Source: Pseudidiomarina sp. (GTDB taxonomy: Bacteria; Pseudomonadota; Gammaproteobacteria; Enterobacterales; Alteromonadaceae). From it: DNA of 64,000 nucleotides. Within the stretch, counting starts at the first letter, position 1; each line of letters begins with the position of its first letter. Location: contig JBLWXY010000001.1 in the NCBI GenBank assembly GCA_048267225.1, forward strand, positions 58,429-122,428. Reading direction: 5' to 3'. The notes under the pieces were generated by a model, which saw only the letters and a list, made by a program, of their open reading frames with translations, searched no databases and had not been told where the DNA came from. The position numbers were made by a program, and so were the translations under genes. Positions 53,793 through 63,455 of this stretch are shown here, in pieces.

Positions 53793-54766
53793 GTCGACGG
53801 GACGAGGTGGACGACATCGACGAGCAAGTCGTGATGTCAGAAATGGAAAAATCTGCGACCACTGAAACTGAAAGTAACGACGACAGTGAATTTGAAGAAA
53901 TCATTGCTAATCGCGCTACTTATCAGAAGAAAATGGACGCCACTCAGCTCTATCTTGGTGAAATAGGCTTCTCACCTTTATTAACTGCAGAGGAAGAAGT
54001 GCATTTTGCGCGACTTGCTTTGAAAGGTGATCAAGCGGCGCGTTGCCGCATGATCGAAAGCAATCTGCGGTTGGTGGTAAAAATCGCGCGGCGCTATACC
54101 AATCGAGGCTTACCGTTACTGGATTTGGTTGAAGAAGGTAATTTAGGCCTCATTCGTGCGGTCGAAAAGTTTGACCCAGAGCGCGGCTTTCGCTTTTCAA
54201 CCTATGCCACCTGGTGGATTCGACAAACCATTGAACGGGCCATCATGAACCAAACGCGGACCATCCGTTTGCCCATCCACGTTGTCAAAGAATTGAATAG
54301 CTATTTACGCGCCTCACGCGAATTGGCCCACAAACTTGATCATGAACCCACTGCAGAAGATATTGCCGCACAACTTGACGTTTCGGTTGCTGACGTGAGT
54401 CGTATGCTGCGTTTAAATGAGCGTATTGCTTCAGTTGATACACCGCTTGGCGGCGATAACGACAAATCCTTGGTGGACTTGTTGACCGATGAAAATGATC
54501 ATGGTCCTGAAGGCGTCATGCAAGATGACGACCTTAAAGAGCACATTGTCGAATGGTTGGCGAGTTTAAACACCAAGCAACGTGAAGTCTTAGCACGACG
54601 TTTTGGCTTAATGGGCTATGAGCCTGCCACCCTTGAAGACGTTGGCCGCGAAATCGGTTTGACGCGCGAACGGGTTCGACAAATTCAAGTGGAAGCCCTA
54701 CGACGCTTGCGCGATATGCTACGTCAGCAGGGCCTAAGTCTCGATGCTCTGTTTCAGTATGATTAA
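53789..54766 (+). CDS. rpoS: RNA polymerase sigma factor RpoS (sigma-38)
   Basis: 325-aa ORF. Regions 2-4 are near-identical to RpoS/RpoD-family blocks ([28 protein letters not shown]). nlpD-rpoS order with an ATGA overlap. Confidence 0.96.
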   Translation: MSRRDEVDDIDEQVVMSEMEKSATTETESNDDSEFEEIIANRATYQKKMDATQLYLGEIGFSPLLTAEEEVHFARLALKGDQAARCRMIESNLRLVVKIARRYTNRGLPLLDLVEEGNLGLIRAVEKFDPERGFRFSTYATWWIRQTIERAIMNQTRTIRLPIHVVKELNSYLRASRELAHKLDHEPTAEDIAAQLDVSVADVSRMLRLNERIASVDTPLGGDNDKSLVDLLTDENDHGPEGVMQDDDLKEHIVEWLASLNTKQREVLARRFGLMGYEPATLEDVGREIGLTRERVRQIQVEALRRLRDMLRQQGLSLDALFQYD

Positions 54767-54776
54767 GTAACTTAAA

Positions 54777-57356
54777 TTATTTAAGTTGCTGTTGCCAGCG
54801 CGCTAACCATTGCAACGCCTCAAGGGGCGTCATACCGTTTAATTCCAAGCTACGCAATGCGTCAACAAGCGGATGATCCTCCGCTTCCTGCGGCTGCACG
54901 GCTGGTGCTGGTTGCGGCGCAGTCGATTTTTGCGGCTGCGGTGACGCTTCAAGTTGTTGTAAGACGTGTTTGGCCCGTTGCAATACCGGGCGTGGTAATC
55001 CTGCAAGCTGCGCGACTTGTACGCCAAAACTTCTGCTCGCTGCGCCGTCACTAACGCGGTGTTCAAAGACAATAGAATCATCATGTTCGCTGGCTTCGAC
55101 ATGCACATTCCTGCAGCCTGGTAGCTCAGCGATACTTTGTGTGAGTTCAAAATAGTGGGTGGCAAACAAGGTGAGCGCGCGATTATGTTGCAACAATGCC
55201 TCAGCGCAAGCCCAAGCCAGGGCTAAACCGTCGTAGGTTGAGGTGCCGCGACCAATTTCGTCCATCAATACTAAGCTCTGTGCTGTCGCATTGTGCAAAA
55301 TTGTTGCGGCTTCAGTCATTTCCACCATAAAGGTTGAACGCCCTGAGGCGAGATCGTCCGAGGCGCCAATGCGTGTAAAAATGCGGTCAATAGGTCCCAA
55401 ACGGGCCTGATCGGCGGGCACGTAACTGCCACAATAAGCCAGTACGGCGATCAGCGCGGTCTGCCGCATATACGTCGACTTACCGCCCATATTGGGGCCG
55501 GTAATCAGTAACATATGCTGCTCGGCGTCGAGCTGCACATCGTTAGCGATAAAGGGTTCATCAAGGTTTGCCTCGATCACCGGGTGCCGAGCCGCTTGTA
55601 AATGTAGTCCCGGCTCATGGGTTAAGCTTGGCCGGCAATAGTTATGCGCCAAGGCTTGCTTTGCGAAGCTATGCAGCACATCCAACTCGGCAACAGTTTG
55701 CGCGGTCGTTTGTAAGGAGGTTAGCTGTTCCGCAGCTTCGTTCAAGAGGGCTTCGTATAACCACTTTTCACGAGCCAGTGCCCGTGATTGGGCTTGAAGA
55801 ACTTTATCCTCGTAGGTTTTTAATTCCGGAATAATATAACGTTCAGCGTTTTTAAGTGTTTGTCGACGTTGGTAGTCAGCAGGGATCTGGGCAGCCGCTG
55901 CACGGCTGGCTTCCAGGTAGTAGCCATGGACCTTGTTATAGCCTACTTTTAGGGTTTGAATACCGGTACGTTCGCGCTCGCGGGTTTCGATTTGTTTAAG
56001 AAAGTCTGTTGCGCCTGCGGCAAGAGCGCGCTGCTCATCAAGTTCTTCATCAAAGCCATCGGCTAACACGCCACCATCACGAATAAGCATTGGTGGCGCT
56101 TCGACGAGGGCACTCTCGAGTGTGCTGCGTAACTCAGGTAATTCTGCCAATTTGGCGTGCCAAGGAGCTAGGTCAGTTTGGGAGTACAATTCGGCTTTAA
56201 GTTCAGGAAGTGCCTGTAGGGCACTGCGTAAGCGCGTTAAATCCCGCGGTCGAGCACTGCGCAAGGCAACACGGGATAACACGCGTTCAAGGTCACCGAT
56301 GGCCCGCAAATGCTGTTCTAGCGTGGTTAAATCTTGCTTTTGCAACGCACTGACCGCTTGGTAGCGCCGTTGTAACTCATCATTATTGCGAATAGGTCGC
56401 TGCAACCAGCGTTTCAATAGGCGCGCGCCCATTGCTGTGGCGGTGCAGTTGATGGTGCTAAATAATGACGTGGTACCGCCGCTTAGTGAAGCGATAAGTT
56501 CAAGATTGCGCTGGGTTGCGGCGTCCATTTGTACGGCATCTGAACTTTGCTCAACGTGAATGGCTTGAATATGTGGCAGGGCTGCACGTTGCGTAAGCTT
56601 GACATAATTTAAGATGGCGCCGGCAGCACCAAGAGCTGTGGTCAAATGGCTAACGCCGAAGCCGTCCAGATGTTGCACGTTAAATTGACGGCACAATAAT
56701 GAGTGAGCGCTGTCACTGGCAAACTCCCAGTCCGGGCGGGCCCGGCGTGCTTCACAACCGTGCCAGCTGGTCTGCCATTGTAGCGTATCTGGATACAGCA
56801 ATTCGGCTGGCTGTAAACGCTGTAATTCGGCTTGCAGACTGGCTTCACTAGTCACTTCACTGACGCTGAAACGACCGCTGGCCAAATCTAAACTAGCGAT
56901 GCCGAATAAGGTGGACGTGTTGCTTTCACGTGGGAGTACTGCCACGAGTAAGTTCTCGTTGCCTTCATTAAGTAGTGCCTCGTCGGTCACTGTACCGGGC
57001 GTTAGTACGCGCACTACTTTACGCTCGACCGGCCCCTTGCTGGTGGCAGGGTCACCGACTTGTTCGCAGATGGCGACGGATTCGCCCAGTTGTAATAGTC
57101 GCGCTAAATAGTTTTCTGCCGCATGATAGGGCACACCTGCCATTGGAATGGGTTTGCCATTACTGGCGCCGCGCTTGGTGAGGGAAATATCGAGCAGCTC
57201 TGCGGCTTTTTGTGCATCTTGGTAGAACAGTTCGTAAAAATCGCCCATGCGATAGAACAAAAGCGTGTCAGCGTGTTCCGCCTTGATACGCAAGTATTGT
57301 TGCATCATGGGTGTATGTGCAGAAAATTCGTTGCTAGCAGTTGTCGCTTTCGGCAT
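54777..57356 (-). CDS. mutS: DNA mismatch repair protein MutS
   Basis: Start at ATG 57356 gives [44 protein letters not shown], the canonical mismatch-binding N-terminus with an F-Y-E motif. Walker [10 protein letters not shown]. The track start 57548 adds 64 unsupported codons overlapping pncC. Confidence 0.96.
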   Translation of the reverse strand: MPKATTASNEFSAHTPMMQQYLRIKAEHADTLLFYRMGDFYELFYQDAQKAAELLDISLTKRGASNGKPIPMAGVPYHAAENYLARLLQLGESVAICEQVGDPATSKGPVERKVVRVLTPGTVTDEALLNEGNENLLVAVLPRESNTSTLFGIASLDLASGRFSVSEVTSEASLQAELQRLQPAELLYPDTLQWQTSWHGCEARRARPDWEFASDSAHSLLCRQFNVQHLDGFGVSHLTTALGAAGAILNYVKLTQRAALPHIQAIHVEQSSDAVQMDAATQRNLELIASLSGGTTSLFSTINCTATAMGARLLKRWLQRPIRNNDELQRRYQAVSALQKQDLTTLEQHLRAIGDLERVLSRVALRSARPRDLTRLRSALQALPELKAELYSQTDLAPWHAKLAELPELRSTLESALVEAPPMLIRDGGVLADGFDEELDEQRALAAGATDFLKQIETRERERTGIQTLKVGYNKVHGYYLEASRAAAAQIPADYQRRQTLKNAERYIIPELKTYEDKVLQAQSRALAREKWLYEALLNEAAEQLTSLQTTAQTVAELDVLHSFAKQALAHNYCRPSLTHEPGLHLQAARHPVIEANLDEPFIANDVQLDAEQHMLLITGPNMGGKSTYMRQTALIAVLAYCGSYVPADQARLGPIDRIFTRIGASDDLASGRSTFMVEMTEAATILHNATAQSLVLMDEIGRGTSTYDGLALAWACAEALLQHNRALTLFATHYFELTQSIAELPGCRNVHVEASEHDDSIVFEHRVSDGAASRSFGVQVAQLAGLPRPVLQRAKHVLQQLEASPQPQKSTAPQPAPAVQPQEAEDHPLVDALRSLELNGMTPLEALQWLARWQQQLK

Positions 57357-57406
57357 GCCTGTTATTATCCGTAGTAGCGTTATTTTTAGAAGGTGCCAAG
57401 AGCAAA

Positions 57407-57889
57407 ATGGTAACACAATCTCATTATGATCGGGCAGTAGAAATCGGCCGTTGGTTACAACAAAAAGAATGGCGAATTGCGACGGCAGAATCCTGCACCG
57501 CGGGTGGAATTGGTTATGCTTTAAGTGCGGTTGCGGGCAGTTCTGCATGGCTTGAAGGTGGTTTTATTACCTATAGCAATGCGTTGAAAGAGCGCGTACT
57601 TGGCGTACCCCACGAGGTGCTTGTAGAGCATGGTGCTGTTTCTGCTGCTACCGCTGAAGCGATGGCTGTTGGGGCGAAGCGTCTGGCGGGTACCGAAGTG
57701 GCCATTGCTGTGACCGGCGTGGCTGGACCTAGTGGTGGAAGTGCTGAAAAACCTGTAGGTTTGGTCTGGTTTGGGCTTGCTTGGCCGACTGGTCAATTAA
57801 GCTGGAGCCGACATTTTCAGGGCGATAGAGCGGCGGTACGAGAGGCGACGATCGAGGAAGCATTAGGCTGTTTTGAAAAAATTTCTTGA
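57407..57889 (+). CDS. pncC: nicotinamide-nucleotide amidase PncC (CinA C-terminal domain protein)
   Basis: ATG 57407 gives [35 protein letters not shown], containing the TAESCTGG signature. Upstream of recA as in E. coli (ygaD). Confidence 0.9.
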   Translation: MVTQSHYDRAVEIGRWLQQKEWRIATAESCTAGGIGYALSAVAGSSAWLEGGFITYSNALKERVLGVPHEVLVEHGAVSAATAEAMAVGAKRLAGTEVAIAVTGVAGPSGGSAEKPVGLVWFGLAWPTGQLSWSRHFQGDRAAVREATIEEALGCFEKIS

Positions 57890-57913
57890 TACTGTATAAA
57901 AATACAGTATACT
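57886..57913 (+). promoter_or_regulatory. recA promoter with embedded LexA (SOS) box
   Basis: TTGATA (57886-57891), 16-nt spacer, TATACT (57908-57913). The SOS box TACTGTATAAAAATACAGTA (57890-57909) is a perfect CTGT-N8-ACAG palindrome matching the gammaproteobacterial LexA consensus. Confidence 0.9.
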
Positions 57914-57947
57914 CAATTTTAACGCATTCAATAGAACGGACATTACC

Positions 57948-59006
57948 ATGAGCAACGATAAACAAAAAGCACTTGACGCAGCGCTAAGTCAAATCGAACG
58001 TCAATTCGGTAAAGGCTCAATTATGCGCTTAGGTGATAACCAAGCGATGGATATTGCCTCGGTACCCACAGGCTCGTTGAGTTTAGACATTGCCCTTGGC
58101 ATTGGCGGTTTACCTTTTGGCCGAGTTGTCGAAATCTATGGTCCAGAGTCCAGTGGTAAAACAACCCTGACGTTGCAGGTCATTGCCGAAGCGCAAAAAA
58201 TGGGTAAAACCTGTGCTTTTGTCGATGCTGAGCATGCACTCGATCCTGTTTACGCGGAAAAGCTAGGTGTTAACGTTGATGAGCTGCTGGTTTCGCAACC
58301 TGATACCGGTGAGCAGGCGCTTGAAATTTGTGACATGCTTGTGCGTTCAGCCGCCGTCGATGTCGTTATTGTTGACTCTGTTGCCGCGCTGACACCTAAA
58401 GCTGAAATTGAAGGCGAAATGGGTGATAGTCATGTAGGTTTACAAGCGCGCCTCATGTCACAAGCTCTACGTAAGCTGACAGCGAATATTAAAAAATCAA
58501 ATAGCCTGTGTATTTTCATCAACCAAATTCGAATGAAAATCGGGGTGATGTTTGGCAACCCAGAAACCACAACGGGCGGTAATGCACTTAAATTCTACTC
58601 TTCGGTACGCCTCGATATTCGTCGTACGGGTGCCGTCAAAGAGGGTGATGAAGTGGTCGGTAACGAAACCCGTGTTAAGGTTGTGAAGAATAAAGTAGCA
58701 CCTCCTTTCAAGCAGGCCGAATTCCAAATCATGTACGGCGCTGGTATCTCGAAAGAAGGCGAACTTATCGACTTAGGTGTTAAGCAAAAAATTGTCGATA
58801 AAGCGGGTGCTTGGTACAGCTATAATGGTGATAAGATTGGTCAAGGCAAAGCCAATGCTATGAAATTCCTCATAGAAAATAAGGCGATTGCCGAAGATAT
58901 TGAAAAGCGTCTGCGTGAACAACTACTTGCTAAACCAGTGAAAGCTGGTGATAACGCTAAGAAAGAGAGTAAGAGTGCAGAAGTAGCGGACGATGATTTG
59001 GTTTAA
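57948..59006 (+). CDS. recA: recombinase RecA
   Basis: 352-aa [18 protein letters not shown], Walker [11 protein letters not shown]1/L2 regions conserved. Confidence 0.98.
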   Translation: MSNDKQKALDAALSQIERQFGKGSIMRLGDNQAMDIASVPTGSLSLDIALGIGGLPFGRVVEIYGPESSGKTTLTLQVIAEAQKMGKTCAFVDAEHALDPVYAEKLGVNVDELLVSQPDTGEQALEICDMLVRSAAVDVVIVDSVAALTPKAEIEGEMGDSHVGLQARLMSQALRKLTANIKKSNSLCIFINQIRMKIGVMFGNPETTTGGNALKFYSSVRLDIRRTGAVKEGDEVVGNETRVKVVKNKVAPPFKQAEFQIMYGAGISKEGELIDLGVKQKIVDKAGAWYSYNGDKIGQGKANAMKFLIENKAIAEDIEKRLREQLLAKPVKAGDNAKKESKSAEVADDDLV

Positions 59007-59024
59007 TTAAGGAATGGATTTGCG

Positions 59025-60056
59025 ATGAGTTATGTCAAAGTTGCTCTCGCCCTAGGCTCTGGTGCAGCACGCGGCTGGTCCCATATAGGCGTTGTAAAAG
59101 CGCTTCGTGAAATGGGCGTTGAGGTCAATATGGTTGCTGGAACATCAATCGGCTCCCTCGTGGGAGCCGGTTTTGCTTCTGGCCGTCTCGATGAACTTGA
59201 AGAGTGGGTACGTGATATGGGCCGTTGGCAAGTTTTCAACTTGCTCGATTTTGGCTTTAGTCATGGCGGCATTATTCAAGGTGAAAAGGTATTCAGCCAT
59301 GCGCGTGAGCGCTTTGGTTCGGTAGAAATAGAAGATTTAGATATCATCTACGGTGCAGTTGCCACCGACCTGTATACGGGGCGCGAGGTCTGGTTACGTA
59401 AAGGTGATATCTATCATGCTGCACGCTCTTCTTGCGCGATGCCAGGTTTACTTGCGCCAACCGCACACAATGGTCGTTGGTTAGTCGACGGTGGCCTAGT
59501 CAATCCTGTTCCTGTCTCCTTATGTCGCGCATTGGGCGCTGATTTTGTGATCGCTGTGCATTTGAATTCGCAACTGAATACGGCCGCGATTGAAGCACGT
59601 GGCAAGAATATTCCGCCGCAACCTGAGCCACAAGCCGATATACAGGGTGTACCTAAATCAAGGACGACAGCGGTAGACACTGGGCAAGCGAATGAACAAT
59701 CTGATCTTGCCAAGCAAAACAAAGACCAAGAGGACGAAGGTTTCTTCAAAAACTTCCTTACTGCCAGTGGCCAGTATTGGGACAATGTGGTGGACAAGTT
59801 TAGTGGCCCATCGCACAAGGCTCCTGGTATGTTCGGTGTAATGGCGGGGGCTATCGATATCATGCAGGAGCGCATTACTAAAGCTCGTATTGCAGGGGAT
59901 CCGCCCGATGTACTGATTCAACCAAAATTAGGTCATATTGGTTTGCTTGAATTTGAACGAGGTAACGAAGCGATTGATATTGGCTATGAAACAACCATGC
60001 GCATGAAAGATTACATTCTTAGTGAGTTGGAACTCTACGCTGAACGAAGAGGTTAA
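59025..60056 (+). CDS. rssA: patatin-like phospholipase, RssA/YchK-type
   Basis: 343-aa ORF. Oxyanion GSGAARGWSHIGV, nucleophile elbow GTSIGS, catalytic DGG (VDGGLVNPVP). Collinear with E. coli RssA as I recall it, including the C-terminal GDPPDVLIQP. AAGGAA SD. 18 nt after recA with no terminator. Confidence 0.88.
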   Translation: MSYVKVALALGSGAARGWSHIGVVKALREMGVEVNMVAGTSIGSLVGAGFASGRLDELEEWVRDMGRWQVFNLLDFGFSHGGIIQGEKVFSHARERFGSVEIEDLDIIYGAVATDLYTGREVWLRKGDIYHAARSSCAMPGLLAPTAHNGRWLVDGGLVNPVPVSLCRALGADFVIAVHLNSQLNTAAIEARGKNIPPQPEPQADIQGVPKSRTTAVDTGQANEQSDLAKQNKDQEDEGFFKNFLTASGQYWDNVVDKFSGPSHKAPGMFGVMAGAIDIMQERITKARIAGDPPDVLIQPKLGHIGLLEFERGNEAIDIGYETTMRMKDYILSELELYAERRG

Positions 60057-60076
60057 CTTCTTTTTCGTCGATGAAT

Positions 60077-60114
60077 AAAAAAAACGCCGCATTCATTTGA
60101 ATGCGGCGTTTTTG
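60077..60114. terminator. bidirectional rho-independent terminator between rssA-like (+) and putP (-)
   Basis: A8 tract, perfect 12-bp stem ACGCCGCATTCA (60084-60095) / TGAATGCGGCGT (60098-60109), then a T5 tract. Confidence 0.85.
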
Positions 60115-60138
60115 TTAGGTGACCATCAATCTCGAAGA

Positions 60139-61659
60139 CTATTGGTCAAGTTGACGTTCCATTTCATCAAAGGTGTTCTGCAGCTCTTGTGCAGGTTTAG
60201 CCGTTGCTAGGCTCACCACAATAACGGCGAGGGTACAAAGGATAAAGCCTGGAATGATTTCATAAACATAAGAGCTCAAAGCTTCACCATCGACTACAGG
60301 TGCATAGATCCAGAACAACACTGTTGCAGCACCTATGACCATGCCGGCGAGGGCACCATGACGGTTCATGCGCTTCCAGAACAAGCTAAGAATAATCACC
60401 GGACCAAAGGCGGCACCGAAACCAGCCCACGCATTAGCAACAAGGCCAAGAATAGTGTTTTCCGGGTTCCAAGCTAAAGCGATAGCGACGAGTGATACGA
60501 TGAGGACTGAAATACGTCCGACCAAGACCAACTCTTTATCGCTAGCGTCACGGCGTAAGAAGGCTTTATAAAAGTCTTCGGTCAGCGAGCTAGAAGTTAC
60601 GAGTAACTGCGATGAGATGGTACTCATGATGGCTGCTAAGATTGCCGCTAACAGGAAGCCTGCGATTAGTGGATGGAACAAGAACTGCGAGAAGATAATG
60701 AAAATCGTCTCTGGGTCCTTCAGGGTCATTTGGGTTTCAGTCACATAAGCGATACCGACGAAACCGGTGACCATGGCGCCGATGATTGACACCGTCATCC
60801 AGGAAATACCAATGCGACGGGCGGCCTTGATATCTTTAACCGAACGAATCGCCATAAAGCGTACGATGATGTGCGGTTGTCCAAAGTAACCTAGACCCCA
60901 GGCAAGTAACGAGATTATGCCGAGGAAAGACAATTGATTGGCGGTTGAGTCAGCAATCGAACCATCACGGAAGTAATCCAAGAAGTCCGGATTAATCGAA
61001 CGCACTTGCTCGGTTACCGAAGCCATACCACCTAGATCAAAAATGGCCACAATGGGTACTAAAACCAAGGCCACAAACATAATACAGCCTTGCACAAAGT
61101 CAGTCATACTGACCGCCAAGAAGCCACCGAAAAGGGTATAGGCACAGACCACACCTGCGGTCACCCACAAGCCTAGGCTGTAGTCTAAGCCGAAGGCTGA
61201 ACTGGCAAAAAGCTTACCGCCTGCCACCAGACTTGCCGAGGTGTAGAGGGTGAAGAAGATAATGATCACCACCGACGAAAAGACTCGCAATAAGCGCGCT
61301 TTATCGTCGAAACGGTTGGCAAAATAATCAGGGATGGTAATCGAATCGTTTGCAACCTCAGTGTACATGCGTAAACGCGGCGCAACGATAATGTAGTTGA
61401 GGTAGGCACCTACGACCAAACCCACTGCGATCCAAAGTTGCGAGACACCCGAAACATAAATCGCACCGGGTAAGCCCATAAGCATCCACCCGCTCATGTC
61501 CGATGCACCGGCCGATAAGGCTGTTACACCTGGTCCCAGCTTACGTCCACCGAGCATGTAACCTGACACGTCATCGGTCGATTTTTTATAAGCGTACAGA
61601 CCAATCCCCAGCATGACTATGAAATAGAGCGCTAATGATATCAGCGTACCTGTTTCCAA
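60139..61659 (-). CDS. putP: sodium/proline symporter PutP (SSS family)
   Basis: 506-aa ORF with TTG start, 7 nt after AAGGAG. Strongly collinear with E. coli PutP (LGGRKLGPGVTALSAGASDMSGWMLMGLPGA, GGFLAVSMTD). Confidence 0.93.
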   Translation of the reverse strand: METGTLISLALYFIVMLGIGLYAYKKSTDDVSGYMLGGRKLGPGVTALSAGASDMSGWMLMGLPGAIYVSGVSQLWIAVGLVVGAYLNYIIVAPRLRMYTEVANDSITIPDYFANRFDDKARLLRVFSSVVIIIFFTLYTSASLVAGGKLFASSAFGLDYSLGLWVTAGVVCAYTLFGGFLAVSMTDFVQGCIMFVALVLVPIVAIFDLGGMASVTEQVRSINPDFLDYFRDGSIADSTANQLSFLGIISLLAWGLGYFGQPHIIVRFMAIRSVKDIKAARRIGISWMTVSIIGAMVTGFVGIAYVTETQMTLKDPETIFIIFSQFLFHPLIAGFLLAAILAAIMSTISSQLLVTSSSLTEDFYKAFLRRDASDKELVLVGRISVLIVSLVAIALAWNPENTILGLVANAWAGFGAAFGPVIILSLFWKRMNRHGALAGMVIGAATVLFWIYAPVVDGEALSSYVYEIIPGFILCTLAVIVVSLATAKPAQELQNTFDEMERQLDQ

Positions 61660-61663
61660 AGCT

Positions 61664-62464
61664 TTACTCCTTCGTTGTTGAATGTAACGGCACTTTATAC
61701 TTATGTTCTGAATGCAACAGCGTTTTGGTCAGTTGCTCTTCAGGATGATTTATCAGTGCCTTGGTTGTTCCAAACTCAATCATTTTACCACGATGCATTA
61801 TTAAGATCTTGTCTGAAACATGTTTCACGATCTCCGCCGAATGTGAGACGAAAATGAATGAAATACCCATATCTTCCTGTAGATCAAGTATAAGATTAAT
61901 GATTTGAGCTCTAATTGATGGGTCGAGTGCGACGAAGGCCTCGTCAGCGACGACAATTTGCGGCTCTAGTACGATCGCTCGGGCAATACACACCCGTTGT
62001 TGTTGGCCACTGGCAAGCATATGTGGGTAAAAATGATAATGGTCAGGAAGAAGGCCGACCTTGCGCAAGACTTCATGAACCCTTTGCTTCTGCTCTTCAT
62101 GATTCATTTGCGTGTTGAATATCAACGGCTCGCACAGTTGTTTGCCTACGGTAATTTGCGGGTTTAACGAACGCAAACTGTCTTGGAAAATCATGCGCAC
62201 ATGGCGGCAGCGCTGCTGGTCCGTCATACTTGACATGGCTTGGCCATTGAGAAAAATCTCACCACCCGAAGGGCGTTCAGCGCCAGCGATGAGTTTAGCA
62301 ATGGTCGATTTGCCAGAGCCTGTTTCACCCATAATGGCCAAGGTTTCACCGCGTTCTAAACTAAAGCTTAAGGGTTCTAGCGCACAGACTCGCTTGCCCG
62401 GCATCCAGCCATCTTTATGAACGTAGTACTTCCGAATGTCTTGCACATCTAATAAATTACTCAT
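61664..62464 (-). CDS. sapF: peptide/putrescine ABC transporter ATP-binding protein SapF-like
   Basis: Start at ATG 62464 gives MSNLLDVQDIRKYY..., 267 aa. Walker A GETGSGKST, LSGGQ-like ASGQQQR, and the GLLPDHYHFYPHMLA block shared with E. coli SapF. The track start 62650 lies inside the upstream gene. Confidence 0.8.
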   Translation of the reverse strand: MSNLLDVQDIRKYYVHKDGWMPGKRVCALEPLSFSLERGETLAIMGETGSGKSTIAKLIAGAERPSGGEIFLNGQAMSSMTDQQRCRHVRMIFQDSLRSLNPQITVGKQLCEPLIFNTQMNHEEQKQRVHEVLRKVGLLPDHYHFYPHMLASGQQQRVCIARAIVLEPQIVVADEAFVALDPSIRAQIINLILDLQEDMGISFIFVSHSAEIVKHVSDKILIMHRGKMIEFGTTKALINHPEEQLTKTLLHSEHKYKVPLHSTTKE

Positions 62465-63455
62465 GCTCGCTATCCTTATGCAACGGATAGTGGCAGGCAA
62501 ACTGCACCTGCTGCTGTTTGGTGAGGGCCGGTTGATGGATGCAAGCGCGACGTGCGTATGGACACCGCGGACCCAAGCGACAACCAATAGGCATGTGTTG
62601 CAAGGTAGGGATTGCACCTGAGAGTGTCGGTAAGCGCGTTTTTGGAGCAATATCTTGGTCCGACAAACTCATACTAAGCATGGCATCCGTATAGGGATGA
62701 TAGGGCTTCATCATTACCGTTTCGGTTGGCCCTGTTTCCATCAATTGCCCGCAGTAAATCAGACTTATGCGCTGACTTTCTGGAACAACAGCCGTCAAGT
62801 CTTGGGTAATCATTAGAATCGACATGCCTTGCCCAGCACTTAATTTGGCGAGAAGGCGATAAATTTGCCCACGGGTACTGGGTTCCATAGCCGTGGTAGG
62901 CTCATCCGCAATGAGCAGTTTAGGGTTATGCGCAATGGCCATAGCAATACTAACCTTTTGCGCGAGCCCCTCGGATAGCTCATGAGGGTAGCGCTCCATC
63001 ACATCTGCAGTGTCTTTAATACCGACGCGATGTAATAAGCGTTCAGCTCGGGTTTGTCGATCGGCGCGACGCTTCAAATAGACACCACTTAACTCACCGC
63101 TAGGAATACTCTCGCGGAGCTGGGCGCCAACTTTGTCATTGGGGTCGAGGTAACTGCTAGGGTCTTGGAATATCATCGCCATATCGCGACCCGTAACAAT
63201 TCGTCGTTGGGCGGCATTGAGTGCCAATAAATCGTAGTGACGCCACCATAAGCGGTCGGCGGTGATCTTCCAACGCGGATTAATAAAACCCAAAATCGCC
63301 TTGGCCAATAGACTTTTACCCGAACCCGACTCGCCTACCAGGGTGTGAATTTCACCTTCAGCGAGTTGCAAGTTAAAACGATCGAGCACCCGTACTGGGC
63401 CGTTATCGGTTTCCAGTTCTATCGACAAATTACGAATGTCTAAGATGGCACTCAT
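62457..63455 (-). CDS. sapD: peptide/putrescine ABC transporter ATP-binding protein SapD-like
   Basis: 332-aa ORF. Walker A GESGSGKS, LLHRVGIKD, and the C-terminal LSGAIP...PIGCRLGPRCPYA block, collinear with E. coli SapD as I recall it. Confidence 0.8.
   Translation of the reverse strand: MSAILDIRNLSIELETDNGPVRVLDRFNLQLAEGEIHTLVGESGSGKSLLAKAILGFINPRWKITADRLWWRHYDLLALNAAQRRIVTGRDMAMIFQDPSSYLDPNDKVGAQLRESIPSGELSGVYLKRRADRQTRAERLLHRVGIKDTADVMERYPHELSEGLAQKVSIAMAIAHNPKLLIADEPTTAMEPSTRGQIYRLLAKLSAGQGMSILMITQDLTAVVPESQRISLIYCGQLMETGPTETVMMKPYHPYTDAMLSMSLSDQDIAPKTRLPTLSGAIPTLQHMPIGCRLGPRCPYARRACIHQPALTKQQQVQFACHYPLHKDSEHE

Noticed and set aside
57357-57548. N-terminal extensions of mutS (to 57548) and of pncC (from 57341) in the ORF track, which would make the two genes overlap head-to-head by about 200 nt
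   Set aside because: Homology to MutS begins at the internal Met (57356), and homology to the CinA C-domain begins at Met 57407. The extensions have no similarity to anything and are mutually exclusive with a divergent promoter region.
59025-60056. Patatin-like phospholipase as a CBASS CapV-type defence effector
   Set aside because: No CD-NTase/cyclase, E1/E2/JAB or other defence partner gene is adjacent. The protein is collinear with housekeeping RssA/YchK rather than CapV-like proteins.
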